DNA of 64,000 nt from contig JADZCS010000246.1 of the NCBI GenBank assembly GCA_020851435.1, positions 6,783 to 70,782 on the forward strand. Reading direction: 5' to 3'. Both the position numbers and the translations under genes were made by a program. The stretch comes from Gammaproteobacteria bacterium. Lineage in GTDB: Bacteria; Pseudomonadota; Gammaproteobacteria; Steroidobacterales; Steroidobacteraceae. The notes beneath the pieces were generated by a model that saw only the letters and a program-made list of their open reading frames with translations, was not told where the DNA came from and made no database searches. Positions 1-10,300 of the stretch are shown here, one piece after another. How positions within the stretch are numbered: position 1 is the first letter of the stretch; the number at the start of each line of letters is the position of its first letter.

Positions 1-865
1 GCCGCTCGGCGACTATGCCGCGATACCGGTGGTCCGGGTCCTCGAGTGTCGCGCCGACAAGCGCGTCGTGCTGGTCGAGCAGTTCATCCCCACCGTGCTC
101 AATGCGCACGTTGCCTCACGCCTCAAGTCGTTCGTGAGCGAGCTGCGTGGCCTCCTGCACCAGCGCGGCGAGGAGCTGTCGGGCCGGGTAAGCGCGGCGG
201 GGCAGGGTTCATCGGAACTCTCCAACTTCCTCATGCTGCAGGCGATCAACCGCTACGAGCCGCTGATCGCGCACTGGGCGACCTCCAGCCACCTGCACCC
301 GGAGGACCTCTTCCAGGCGCTGGTCCAGATCGGGGGCGAGTTCCTGACCTTCACCGGCGACAACAAGCGCTGTCCCGAGTTTCCCCCGTACCGCCACGAC
401 CGGCTGCGCGAGACGTTCGAGCCGGTTTTCGCCGCGCTGCGCCGCTCGTTCACTGCCGTGCTGGTCGAGGCGGCCACTCCTATCCAGATCATCGCCAGCA
501 AGAGCCGCTACGGTTTCAGCTCGGCGATGGTTGCCGAGCGCACGCTGCTGGAGGCAGGCACGTTCGTGCTCGCGGTCAAGGCCGACATGCCGGCCGAGGA
601 AGTGCGACGGGTCTTCCCACAACAGACCAAGGTCGGTCCGGGCAACCTCATCGTGCGGCTGGTCGAGTCGCAGATGCCTGGCATCCCGCTGCAGCCGCTG
701 CCCGTGGCGCCGCGGCAGATCCCTTATCACGCCGGTTACACCTACTTCGAACTCGACCGCAACGGCGAGCTGGCGAGGGCGGCCATCGCGGCGGGTGGTT
801 TCGGTATGCACGTGGGTGGGCAGTTCCCGGGACTCAAGATCGAAATGTGGGGAATCAGGGGTTAG
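1..865 (+). CDS. tssK: T6SS baseplate protein TssK (ImpJ/VasE family), 5'-truncated by the window edge
   Basis: Frame 2 is open from the window start to TAG 863-865; the listed ORF 29..865 is only the part after the first in-window Met. The sequence resembles the C-terminal half of TssK as I know it. It lies directly upstream of tssL-tssM, the canonical tssK-L-M order. Confidence 0.7.
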   Translation, partial: PLGDYAAIPVVRVLECRADKRVVLVEQFIPTVLNAHVASRLKSFVSELRGLLHQRGEELSGRVSAAGQGSSELSNFLMLQAINRYEPLIAHWATSSHLHPEDLFQALVQIGGEFLTFTGDNKRCPEFPPYRHDRLRETFEPVFAALRRSFTAVLVEAATPIQIIASKSRYGFSSAMVAERTLLEAGTFVLAVKADMPAEEVRRVFPQQTKVGPGNLIVRLVESQMPGIPLQPLPVAPRQIPYHAGYTYFELDRNGELARAAIAAGGFGMHVGGQFPGLKIEMWGIRG

Positions 866-868
866 AAC

Positions 869-2266
869 GTGAGCACCGACGATCCTTCAGGCGGCGATCG
901 CACAGTATTCAAGCCCATGCCGGGAGGGCGCCGAGGCGCTGCGGCACCGCCGCCCGCCGGCATGCCTCCCGCTTCCCCGGCGATGCCCCCGCCCATGGCG
1001 CCGGCGCCGGTTGCTGCGCCTGAAGCCGCGGCGCCTGCTGCGGCCCCGCGCCAGCAGTCTGCGCCTCCTGTCGCACAGCCTGACGACCCGAAGGCCGCGA
1101 TCGCGGCCATTTCGCGCGGCGCCGCCAACCCGATTCTGGCGGCTGCGACCCCGCTGCTGGTGCTCGCGAGCAATCTGCGCGGCCTGCCGCGGCACGTCGA
1201 TCCTGCCGGGCTCTATCGCGAGACGATGGACCAGATCCGTGCCTTCGAGGAAAAGTCCAAGGCGGCGGGCGCCCAGCCCGAGACCGTGCTGGCGGCACGC
1301 TATGCGCTGTGCTCCACCATCGACGAAGCCGTGCTGTCCACGCCCTGGGGCACGTCTAGCGGCTGGTCCGGCCAGACGCTGCTGGTGGCCTTTCACAAGG
1401 AGGCCTGGGGCGGCGAGAAGTTCTTCCTGATCCTCGAGCGCCTGCTCGAGGACACGGCCCGCAACGCGGACCTGCTCGAGTTGCTTTACGTATGCCTCGC
1501 CCTGGGTTTCCAGGGCAAGTACGGCATCCAGGCAGAAGGACGGTCGGCGTTGCTGGAAGTGCAGCACGACCTGTACCGCCGCCTGCAGGCCGCGCGCAAC
1601 CGCACGATCGGTGCGGAATTGTCGCCGCGCTGGAAGGGCGTGGAGGACCGGCGCAATGCGCTGGTCCGATACGTGCCGCTGTGGGTGGTGGCCGCCATCG
1701 TGCTGGCCATCATCGTCTCCGCGTACATCGGCCTGCGCGTGTCCCTGTCCTCGAAGGCCGAGGGAGTCCATGCGGCGCTGGTCGAGTTCGGTCGCGAAGC
1801 GCCGGCGGTACCGAGCGCTCCGCCCCCGAACTGGCAGCGCCTCAAGGAACTCTTGGCACCCGAGGAGCAGCAGGGCCTGCTGCGCGTCGAGGAAAGGGCC
1901 GACAGCGCCGTCGTCATCCTGCAGGGTGAGGGCTGGTTCGCGTCGGGTAGCGACCAGGTCGCCGAGGGGCGCAAGCCGGTGCTCGAAAGGGTCACCGCTG
2001 CGCTCAACGAGGTACAGGGCAGCGTCGAAATCGTGGGTCACACCGACGAGGTGCCGGTGAAGTCGCTGAAGTTTGCCGACAACTACGAGTTGTCCAAGGC
2101 TCGCGCCGAAAGCGTCTTCGGCTGGATATCGCTGTCGATCAACAACCCGGGGTGCTGCATGCGCGACGGCGTAGGGCCGAGCAGGCCGATTGCGCCGCCA
2201 CCGTTCGATGCCGCCAAGCGCGCACAGAACCGTCGCGTCGAGATCGTCGTACGGGCGGGGGGCTGA
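869..2266 (+). CDS. tssL: T6SS membrane-complex protein TssL (DotU family) with a C-terminal OmpA/MotB-type peptidoglycan-binding extension
   Basis: GTG start 4 nt after the tssK stop. DotU-like core (LLELLYVCLALGFQGKYG). One TM helix (YVPLWVVAAIVLAIIVSAYIGL). OmpA-like C-terminus (VEIVGHTDEVP...LSKARAESV...NRRVEIVV). Pro/Ala-rich N-terminal tail containing GGDRTVFKPMPGGRR. Confidence 0.9.
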   Translation: MSTDDPSGGDRTVFKPMPGGRRGAAAPPPAGMPPASPAMPPPMAPAPVAAPEAAAPAAAPRQQSAPPVAQPDDPKAAIAAISRGAANPILAAATPLLVLASNLRGLPRHVDPAGLYRETMDQIRAFEEKSKAAGAQPETVLAARYALCSTIDEAVLSTPWGTSSGWSGQTLLVAFHKEAWGGEKFFLILERLLEDTARNADLLELLYVCLALGFQGKYGIQAEGRSALLEVQHDLYRRLQAARNRTIGAELSPRWKGVEDRRNALVRYVPLWVVAAIVLAIIVSAYIGLRVSLSSKAEGVHAALVEFGREAPAVPSAPPPNWQRLKELLAPEEQQGLLRVEERADSAVVILQGEGWFASGSDQVAEGRKPVLERVTAALNEVQGSVEIVGHTDEVPVKSLKFADNYELSKARAESVFGWISLSINNPGCCMRDGVGPSRPIAPPPFDAAKRAQNRRVEIVVRAGG

Positions 2267-2269
2267 GCC

Positions 2270-5200
2270 ATGAAAGGTCTGATCTCCTTCCTCAAGCAGC
2301 GCTGGTTCCTCGAGTTGCTCGGGCTGTTGCTGCTGTCGCTCATCGTTTGGTTCGCAGGCCCGTACCTGGCGTTCGCCGATTTCCGGCCGCTCGACAGCGT
2401 GGTCGAGCGCCTGGTCACGATCCTGGTACTGGTGCTGCTGTGGGGCGGCCTGTACATGATCCGGCAGATCCGCTCGCAGAAGGCGTCCAACGCGATCGCC
2501 GCCGACATGGCGGCGCAGCCTTCCGGCGCCACTGCGGGACGCAGTGGCGACAGCGCGGACGTGTCCGATCTCAAGCACCGCTTCCAGGAATCGGTGGCGC
2601 TGCTGCAGAAGCAGGGCGGCAAGGACAAGAACCTCTACAGCCTGCCCTGGTACATCATCATCGGGCCTCCCGGGTCCGGCAAGACGACCGCGCTGATCAA
2701 CTCGGGCCTGCAGTTCCCGGTCTCGCAGCGTTTCGGCGAAGCCGCCATCCGCGGCGTCGGCGGCACGCGCAACTGCGACTGGTGGTTCACGGACGAGGCG
2801 ATCCTGCTCGACACCGCTGGACGCTACGTCACGCAGGACAGCGACCAGTCGGCCGACAGCGCCGAGTGGACCTCGTTCCTGCAGTTGTTGCGCAAGCACC
2901 GTCGGCGCCGGCCCATCAACGGTGCCCTCGTGACCATGAGCTTCGCGGACCTCGTCCTGCTGAGCCCACAGGAGCGGGCCCGACACGTCGCGGCCGTGCG
3001 CGCCCGCCTCGAGGAACTGCAGGCGCAACTGCGCATCAGCTTCCCCGTGTATTTCCTGATCACCAAGGCCGACCTCATCGCCGGCTTCACCGAGTTCTTC
3101 GACGACCTCGGCCAGGAGGACCGGCAGCAGGTCTGGGGCATCACCTTCCCGCACGACCCGAAACGCAAGCAGGCGCGCTCGCCTGCCGAGGATTTCGGCA
3201 CGGAGTTCGAGGCCCTGCTGGGCCGCTTGCAGGAACGCCTCTGGACGCGCCTGGACCAGGAGCGCGACCCCAAGCGCCGTTCGCTGGTTTTCGGCTTCCC
3301 CCAGCAGTTCGCTTCGGTACGTCAGCCGCTGCAGGAATTCCTGCAGGACGTGTTCGGCTCCAGCCGGTTCGACCAGAAGGTCAACCTGCGCGGCGTTTAT
3401 TTCACCTCGGGAACCCAGGAAGGAACCCCGATCGACCGGCTGCTCGGTGCCGTGGCACGTACCTTCGGCCTCGAGGGGCGTGTGCTGCCCCAGGCCCAGA
3501 TCAAGGGCCGCAGCTATTTCATCCACGACCTGCTGCGCAAGGTGGCGTTCGCGGAGTCTGGTCTCGCCGGCGTCGATCGCCGTTACGAGATCCAGAAGCT
3601 TCTGCTGACCAACTTCGCCTACATCGCCTCGCTGGTGCTGGGCGTGCTGCTGGTCGGTGGCATGTGGAACAGCTACCGGCTCAACTCCGCCTACCTCGAC
3701 CAGGTGTCGGCGCGCATCGCGGAGTTCAAGGCGGGAGCGCCGGCGGGCAGCGAACTCACCGCGATTGCGGACCGGCTGGGCGCCTTCCGCACCATCGTCG
3801 GCGAGGCCGAGCAGTACAACGAGGACCGTCCCTGGTCGCGGCGCTTCGGGCTGTTCCAGGGCAACTCGGTCGGCGGCGCGGTACGCGATGCCTACTACCG
3901 GCAGGTCAACTCGCAGGTGGTTCCCGCCGTCGCGAGCGCGCTCGAACAGCGCATCCAGTCGCTGGCGGGCGATCCCGAACGCCTCTACGAGTACCTGAAG
4001 GCCTACCTGATGCTGGGCGAACCTCAGCACCTGGACAGGGCGCATCTCGATTTCGTGGCCAACTACGAGCTGTCGGCCGGTGGTTCGCCGGCGGCGCGCG
4101 ACCTCACCTCGCATTTCCGCGAGTTGCTCGCGGATGACGGCGCGCTGCGGCCGGTGGCGATGAATCGCGGACTCGTCGATGCGGCACGCACCAACCTGCA
4201 GACGGCAACCCTGCCGAACCTGGTTTACAGCCGCCTGCGGACGCTGTACGCGGGCGACCGCGAGCGCGCCGTGCGGCTCGACGAGGCGGGTGGCCTCGGA
4301 GTCGAGCGGGTGCTGCAGCGGCGCAGCGGCAAGAAGCTCTCCGAGCCGGTAGCGGCGCTGTACACCAAGCCGGTGTTCGAGGAAGTCGCGCTCAAGGACT
4401 CGACCGCGCTGCTCGCCGAGTTCCAGAAGGAATCCTGGGTGCTGGGTGACGACAGCGTGCTGACCCGCATGGGCAACACGTCCGAGGTCGTCGACCAGGT
4501 GCTGCGCATCTACGAGGACGACTACATCGCACAGTGGCAGGCGGTCCTCGCCGATCTCGCGCTGGCGCCGACGGGCACCCAGGAGCAGTTGCTGGAATCC
4601 CTGCGCATCCTGTCCAGCGACTCCTCGCCGCTCAAGGGCGTGCTGAAGCTGGTGGCCAAGAACACCAACTTCGGCGAGGGCGTGAGTCCGGGAGCCGCGG
4701 GCCAGGCGCTCGACAAGCTGGAGAAGGCTGGCGAGAAGGCCGCGACAGCGGCGGCCAGCTCGGCGTCAGGCCGTCTCGGCTCGCTGTTCGGCGCGGCACC
4801 CGCACCCGGCGCGGCGCCGCAGGCCGCCAAGCCTGGCAAGCGCATCACCGAGCAGTTCGCGGCGATCGCCCAGCTCGTGGGTGGCGACGGACCTGCTCCC
4901 ATCGATGCCACGCTGAAGTTGCTCGGCGAGATGTACACCGAGCTCGAGAGCACGGGCAGCGGCCTTGGCCAGCAGAGCGCGGTCCAGGCGCTGAGCCAGG
5001 CCGGCGGGAGCCCGAAGGCACGGCAGCTGCGGGACGAGGCATCACGCCTGCCTGCGCCGCTCGGGGCGATGTTCGGGCAGTTGGGAGGTGGCGGCAGCGC
5101 CATGGCCATGTCCGGCGCACGCACGGAACTGGCCGCGCTGTATCGCGAGATGGTGTATGGCGAATGCCGGCAGGTGGTGAACGGGCGCTATCCGTTCGAC

Positions 5201-5812
5201 CGCAACTCGACGCAGGACGTGCCGATGGCGGACTTCGCGCGTTTCTTCGGCACTGGCGGCACGCTCGACAACTTCTTCAAGCAGCAGCTCGCGCCGCTGG
5301 TCGACACGACCCAGGCGCGCTGGCGCTGGAAGTCCCGCGATGGAGCCAGCGTGGAATTGCCGCAGTCGCTGCTGGATCATTTCCAGCAGGGCGCGAGGAT
5401 CCGCGATGCGTTCTTCGCCGGCGGCGGGGCGCAGCCGTCGGTGCGGTTCACGCTGGTGCCCGACTTCATGGACGCCAACTACACGCGCATGTTGCTGGAG
5501 GTCGATGGCGAACAGCTCGATTACCGTCACGGACCCGTGCGCACACTCAACCTGACCTGGCCGAAGGCAGACTTCGGCCGCGTCACGGGTTCGCTCGAAG
5601 GGCCTGACGGCAGCAAGCAGGTGTTGTCGGCGGAAGGGCCGTGGGCGTTGTTCCGCGCACTCGACCGCGCACAGCTGAAGGCCGAGAGCGGCACTCGCTA
5701 CTCCTTCGTGCTGGGCGGCGGCGCCGCCCGGATCCGGCTGGAGGCTTCGAGCCTGCGCAATCCCTTCGATATGAAAGTGGTGCAGGGCTTCCGCTGCATC
5801 GACGGCGGTTGA
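2270..5812 (+). CDS. tssM: T6SS membrane-complex protein TssM (IcmF family)
   Basis: 1180 aa. N-terminal TM helices, Walker A GPPGSGKTT, a third TM near aa 455 (FAYIASLVLGVLLVGGMW) and a long periplasmic C-terminal region. Position after tssL is canonical. Confidence 0.93.
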   Translation: MKGLISFLKQRWFLELLGLLLLSLIVWFAGPYLAFADFRPLDSVVERLVTILVLVLLWGGLYMIRQIRSQKASNAIAADMAAQPSGATAGRSGDSADVSDLKHRFQESVALLQKQGGKDKNLYSLPWYIIIGPPGSGKTTALINSGLQFPVSQRFGEAAIRGVGGTRNCDWWFTDEAILLDTAGRYVTQDSDQSADSAEWTSFLQLLRKHRRRRPINGALVTMSFADLVLLSPQERARHVAAVRARLEELQAQLRISFPVYFLITKADLIAGFTEFFDDLGQEDRQQVWGITFPHDPKRKQARSPAEDFGTEFEALLGRLQERLWTRLDQERDPKRRSLVFGFPQQFASVRQPLQEFLQDVFGSSRFDQKVNLRGVYFTSGTQEGTPIDRLLGAVARTFGLEGRVLPQAQIKGRSYFIHDLLRKVAFAESGLAGVDRRYEIQKLLLTNFAYIASLVLGVLLVGGMWNSYRLNSAYLDQVSARIAEFKAGAPAGSELTAIADRLGAFRTIVGEAEQYNEDRPWSRRFGLFQGNSVGGAVRDAYYRQVNSQVVPAVASALEQRIQSLAGDPERLYEYLKAYLMLGEPQHLDRAHLDFVANYELSAGGSPAARDLTSHFRELLADDGALRPVAMNRGLVDAARTNLQTATLPNLVYSRLRTLYAGDRERAVRLDEAGGLGVERVLQRRSGKKLSEPVAALYTKPVFEEVALKDSTALLAEFQKESWVLGDDSVLTRMGNTSEVVDQVLRIYEDDYIAQWQAVLADLALAPTGTQEQLLESLRILSSDSSPLKGVLKLVAKNTNFGEGVSPGAAGQALDKLEKAGEKAATAAASSASGRLGSLFGAAPAPGAAPQAAKPGKRITEQFAAIAQLVGGDGPAPIDATLKLLGEMYTELESTGSGLGQQSAVQALSQAGGSPKARQLRDEASRLPAPLGAMFGQLGGGGSAMAMSGARTELAALYREMVYGECRQVVNGRYPFDRNSTQDVPMADFARFFGTGGTLDNFFKQQLAPLVDTTQARWRWKSRDGASVELPQSLLDHFQQGARIRDAFFAGGGAQPSVRFTLVPDFMDANYTRMLLEVDGEQLDYRHGPVRTLNLTWPKADFGRVTGSLEGPDGSKQVLSAEGPWALFRALDRAQLKAESGTRYSFVLGGGAARIRLEASSLRNPFDMKVVQGFRCIDGG

Positions 5813-5826
5813 GACAGGACGCCCCG

Positions 5827-6537
5827 GTGCCGGCAGGATTCTTCGGCAAGGTTCCCTGCGTTGGCGACTTCGTCAAGCGCAGGCTTGCGCCCGACTTCGT
5901 CGCGGCCTGGGACGACTGGCTGCAGCGCGGCATGCACGCCGGGCGCGAGCAGGTTGGCGCCGGGTGGCACGACCTGTTCCTGACGAGCCCGGTCTGGCGT
6001 TTCGCGGTGGATCCGGGCATCGCCGGCAGCGACGCGGCGTGCGGGGTGATGGTTCCGTCGATGGACCGTGTCGGGCGCTTGTTTCCGCTGACGATTGCGC
6101 TGGCCGTGCCGCAGGGCCGCGCCACGGGACTCATAACTACTGCGACAGGCTGGCTGGCCGCGGCGGAGGCGGAGGCCATCGCCGTCGTCACTGGCGATGT
6201 TGCGGACCTCGAGTCCTTCGATGCGCGGGTCGCAGGGCTGGCGGATACCGTGTCCGCGACGTCATGGGAGGCGCCGACCGCGTGGCAGGCTGGCGACGGC
6301 TGGTTCATGCCGATCGACGAGCAGGCCGGGCCTTCCTCGGCCTGGCAGTCGCTTGCGATTTCGGCCCTCGGTGGCGGCAAGCCTGGGGTCGTGTTCTGGA
6401 CGGCCGGCTCGGACCTCGTGGTGCCGGGTGTATTCGTATCCGAGTCGCTGCCCGCGGGCGACCATTTTCGCGTACTTCTCGACGGCGTTGGCGCACCGGT
6501 TGCCGTGCGCCAGCCGGACCCTGAGCTGGGAGTCTGA
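5827..6537 (+). CDS. tagF: T6SS post-translational regulator TagF (ImpM/DUF2094 family)
   Basis: In-frame GTG at 5827, 15 nt after the tssM stop, gives M-PAGFFGKVPCVGDFVKRRL, the TagF N-terminal signature (G-x-F-G-K-x-P-x-x-GDF). The listed ORF start 5641 would overlap tssM by 170 nt. Confidence 0.8.
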   Translation: MPAGFFGKVPCVGDFVKRRLAPDFVAAWDDWLQRGMHAGREQVGAGWHDLFLTSPVWRFAVDPGIAGSDAACGVMVPSMDRVGRLFPLTIALAVPQGRATGLITTATGWLAAAEAEAIAVVTGDVADLESFDARVAGLADTVSATSWEAPTAWQAGDGWFMPIDEQAGPSSAWQSLAISALGGGKPGVVFWTAGSDLVVPGVFVSESLPAGDHFRVLLDGVGAPVAVRQPDPELGV

Positions 6538-6538
6538 A

Positions 6539-7342
6539 GTGTCCACTGTAGAACGAAGCAACGGCGGGGTTCGCTGGCTGTCCGCAAGCCGATCCGAAGT
6601 CGGCAATGTGCGCAAGCTCAATGAGGATGCGTGCCTGGATCTCGGGGGCAGCGGGCTCTGGGTCGTCGCGGACGGCATGGGCGGGCATCATGCCGGCGAC
6701 TATGCGAGCCGGACGATCGTCGAGACCCTCGCCGGCGTGCAGCCGCGAACGCGTCCCAGCGAGTTCATCGAGGACATCGAAGACCGGCTGCTGCGCGTGA
6801 ACCACGACCTGCACGTGCGCTCCACCACTGGCGACACCCCGTCGCTGACCGGCAGCACGGTCGTAGCGCTGGCGGCATTCGATCGCTTCGGGGTCTGCAT
6901 CTGGGCCGGCGACAGCAGGGTCTATCGCCTGCGCGACGGGCGCTTCGAACAGGTCACCCGCGATCACAGCGAAGTCCAGGAGATGGTCGACCGCGGCCAG
7001 ATCACGGCGGCCGAGGCCGCCACCGCCAGCAACGCCAACATCATTACGCGCGCCGTGGGCGGCACCAGCGACCTGCACCCCGAGATGTGCCTGACCGACC
7101 TCCGTGACGGAGACCGCTACCTGCTCTGCAGTGACGGCCTGTACAAGGACATCAGCGATGCGGAGCTGGCGTCCGACCTTCGCACGGCGACGACGCCGCG
7201 CGAGGCCTGCGATGCACTGCTCACGCGCGCGCTCGCGGGGCCGTGTTCCGACAACGTGACGACCATTGTCGTGTTCATAGTCGGCGCCGACGATGAATTC
7301 GAACAGACCGGACAATACAAAGCTGAGTTCCCCGCCGCATGA
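6539..7342 (+). CDS. pppA: PP2C-family Ser/Thr phosphatase (PppA-like)
   Basis: In-frame GTG at 6539, 1 nt after the tagF stop. PP2C motifs VRKLNEDA, VVADGMGGHHAGD, LLCSDGL and SDNVTTIVV. About 267 aa. Its stop overlaps the kinase start (ATGA at 7339-7342). Confidence 0.88.
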   Translation: MSTVERSNGGVRWLSASRSEVGNVRKLNEDACLDLGGSGLWVVADGMGGHHAGDYASRTIVETLAGVQPRTRPSEFIEDIEDRLLRVNHDLHVRSTTGDTPSLTGSTVVALAAFDRFGVCIWAGDSRVYRLRDGRFEQVTRDHSEVQEMVDRGQITAAEAATASNANIITRAVGGTSDLHPEMCLTDLRDGDRYLLCSDGLYKDISDAELASDLRTATTPREACDALLTRALAGPCSDNVTTIVVFIVGADDEFEQTGQYKAEFPAA

Positions 7343-10300
7343 GCGCACCGACGCCCGTCGACTTCCGTTCCGCCCTCGAGACCTACATCGCGGGCCACCT
7401 GAGCATTTCGCAGCTTGAGGCTGCGCTGGTCAACGCACTCCGCGCCGAGCCGCACATGGAGGCTGCGCATCACGGCCTGGTAGCGGCCTATGGCCGCGTC
7501 GGGCGTCTGCCTGCGGACGCGGTGGAACACCTGTCGGGCGTATTCGCCGCACAGGCATGGAAGGCGGCGCCCGCAGGGTCCACGCCGCCGCCGCCGCCGC
7601 AGGCGCCGGCTGACAACGACCGCACAGCATTTCGCGGCGCGCCCAGCACGCCACGCGTGCCGCCGCCGCCGGCTCCGCCGGCTCCGCCGGCAGCGCCGCA
7701 GCCACCGGCGGTGGATAACGATCGAACGGCCTTTCGCGGCGCGCCCAGCATGCCGCGGACCCCGACGACCCCGGCCGCTCCCACTGGCCCGAACATGGCG
7801 GGGTACACCGGGTCGGCCCAGCCGCCCTATGCCCAGACAGGCTCGGTAACCGGCGGCTTCACGTCGGGTCAGACGACCGGCGGCAACATGACCGGCTCTG
7901 TTACCGGCTCGGTGACCGGGGCAACCGGTGCGACCGGCACGGGCGGCACGTCCAGCTGGGCCGACATCCAGCGGACGGGCGGCGGATCGCCGATGGGCGG
8001 CGCGCCGCTGGTGGTCGGGAGCGTGCTCAAGGAGCGCTTCGTCCTCGAGTCGATCCTCGGCCGTGGCGGCATGGGCACCGTGTTCAAGGCTCGCGACCTC
8101 CGCAAGGAGGAAGCGATGGATCGCAACCCGCACGTTGCGATCAAGGTTCTCAACGAGGACTTCAAGCAGCATCCCGAGGCGCTGAAGGCTCTGCAGCGCG
8201 AGTCCCGCAAGTCGCAGGAACTCGCGCACCCCAACATCCTGTCGGTGTTCGACTTCGACCGCGACGGCGCCAACGTCTACGTGGTCATGGAACTGCTGGA
8301 TGGCGAGTCCCTCGAGAAGGTGATCAAGCGCCACGAGAACGTCGGGCTCGAGCACAAGGAAGCCTTCAGGATCATCCGCGACCTGGGCAGGGGCCTGTCC
8401 TATGCCCACCAGCGCAACATCATTCACTCCGACTTCAAGCCCTCGAACTGCTTCACGACGAAGGCTGGGGCCATCAAGGTCTTCGACTTCGGCATCGCGC
8501 GGGCGGCCAAGCACACGGGGCCGACCACCGACACGCAGCAGACGGTATTCGACGCGGGTTCGCTGGGCGCGCTGACCTTTGCCTACGCAACGCCGGAGAT
8601 GTTCGACGGCAAGGACCCTGACCAGCGCGACGACCTCTATGCCCTGGGCATCGTCGCCTACGAATTGCTGACCGGCCGCCACCCCTACAACCGCAAGTCC
8701 GCGCCCGAGGCGCGCGACCTGAAGATGAAGCCGAAGCCCGTGCCCGGGCTCACTCGGCGGCAGACGCGCGCGCTGGAGCGTGCGCTCGCGTTCACCCGCG
8801 ACGAACGGCAGAAGGACGTCGACACCTTCGTCGACGAGCTCATGCCGAAGGCGCTGAACAAGACCGTGATCGGCATCAGTGCCGGCGCGGCGGTGCTGAT
8901 TGCCGCGGTCGCAGCCCCGCAGCTCTGGTCGATGTGGAACGACCGGCGCATCAACGCCGTGGCGCAGGACATCAAGAGAGGCGATCCCGCGATCATCGAT
9001 GCGCGCATGAAGGAGTTCGACAGCTATTCGCCCGAGGAGCAGCAGAAGCTCCTGGCGTCCAAGGAAGTCTCCGACGCGCTGTCGAAGTACTTCGAGGAAC
9101 GCATCGTCGCGCTCATCGACACGACCAAGCCCGACTTCGACTTCACGGCCGCTGCGGCGCTGGCCACGATGGCCCTGAAGGTGAACCCGGACTCGGCGCG
9201 CTATAACGAGCTGAAGGCCAGGGTGGAGGAGGGCCGCAACCAGGCGATCAACGCGTTCAACGCCGCGATCGACGACCAGTTGCAGAAGGGTGTGCTGGTC
9301 TCCGCCGACGGCCGTGGGGGGGTGGCGGGCGCGCTCGAAAAGCTGCGTCGCGTGAACCCGGAGCACCCGCGCCTGAAGGACGCCCAGATCGTCGACGCGT
9401 TCGCCGCCAAGGCGAGCGCCGCGCTGGAACGCGGCGACGTCGGTGCGACCAACGCCCTCATCGACGCGGGCCTCAAGTACGCCACCGCCGGCAGCGCGGC
9501 GCGCACGGCGCTCGACAACCTGCGCGACCAGTTGAAGTCGCGTCAGTCCGAACTTGAGACGGCCTCACAGGTCGCCAAGATCGAGGAGCAGCTGCGTCCC
9601 CTGCTGACGGACAGCGCGACGCTCGAGTCCTTCGCCCAGGAGCGCGACCGCATCCTGACGCTGCGCTCCGCCAAGCCCGACAGCCCGATCCTGCCGCAGG
9701 GCCAGCAGCGCCTCGCCTCGCTGGTGCAGAAGCGCGTCGCGGATCTCGGCGCTGCGCGCAGTTTCGCCGACGCGCAGCAGGTGCTCGACCAGTTCGCGGA
9801 CCTGCTCCCCCGTGATTTCGTCGCTGCCCAGCGCAGCCAGGTCGAGCAGGCACAGGCCGCGTACACCGAAAGGGTGGGCTCGACCCTGAATGCCCTGGCG
9901 AAGGCCGTGCAGGCGGGCAACCTCGAGGGCGCCGGCCCCGGCACGGCGGCCAGCCTGCTCGTGGCCCTCGAGAAGGCCGGCGGGACGCCGGCCCAGGTAG
10001 CCTCGTCGCGCGATCTCATCGCGCAGGGCTACGTCGCGAAGTCGCAGCAGGCCCGCAATCGCCGCGCGTTCGACGAAGCACGGAAGATGGTGGATGCCGG
10101 CGCGGCGCTGAAGCCTTCGGCCAAGGTGCTCGACCTCCTGCAGGACGAACGTGGCCAGATCACGGCGACCGAGCGCGGCATGGTCCAGCAGGAGCGGACC
10201 GCGGAGATCCAGCAGCTGCGCGGCGGTCTCGACAAGGTACTCGCGGCGAGCCAGATCACGATATCCGACGCGGAGGCGGCGCTGCAGGCGATCGTCAAGC

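Noticed and set aside
887-4114. 1075-aa ORF on the minus strand opposite tssL/tssM
   Set aside because: It is an Arg/Gly/Ala/Asp-rich low-complexity translation with no recognisable motifs. It lies entirely antisense to two well-supported T6SS genes. This is typical GC-rich shadow-frame behaviour, where stop codons are rare in all frames.
5641-5826. Upstream extensions of ORF-track starts: tagF 5641, pppA 6197, fhaC 14337, tssC 28854, tagJ 31008, metX 50826, metB 51719, leuC 56305, leuA 57923 and EamA 60236
   Set aside because: Each extension overlaps the preceding gene or a hairpin and lacks an SD. In-frame internal starts with an SD and family-typical N-termini exist for all of them. Coordinates for the first example are given here.
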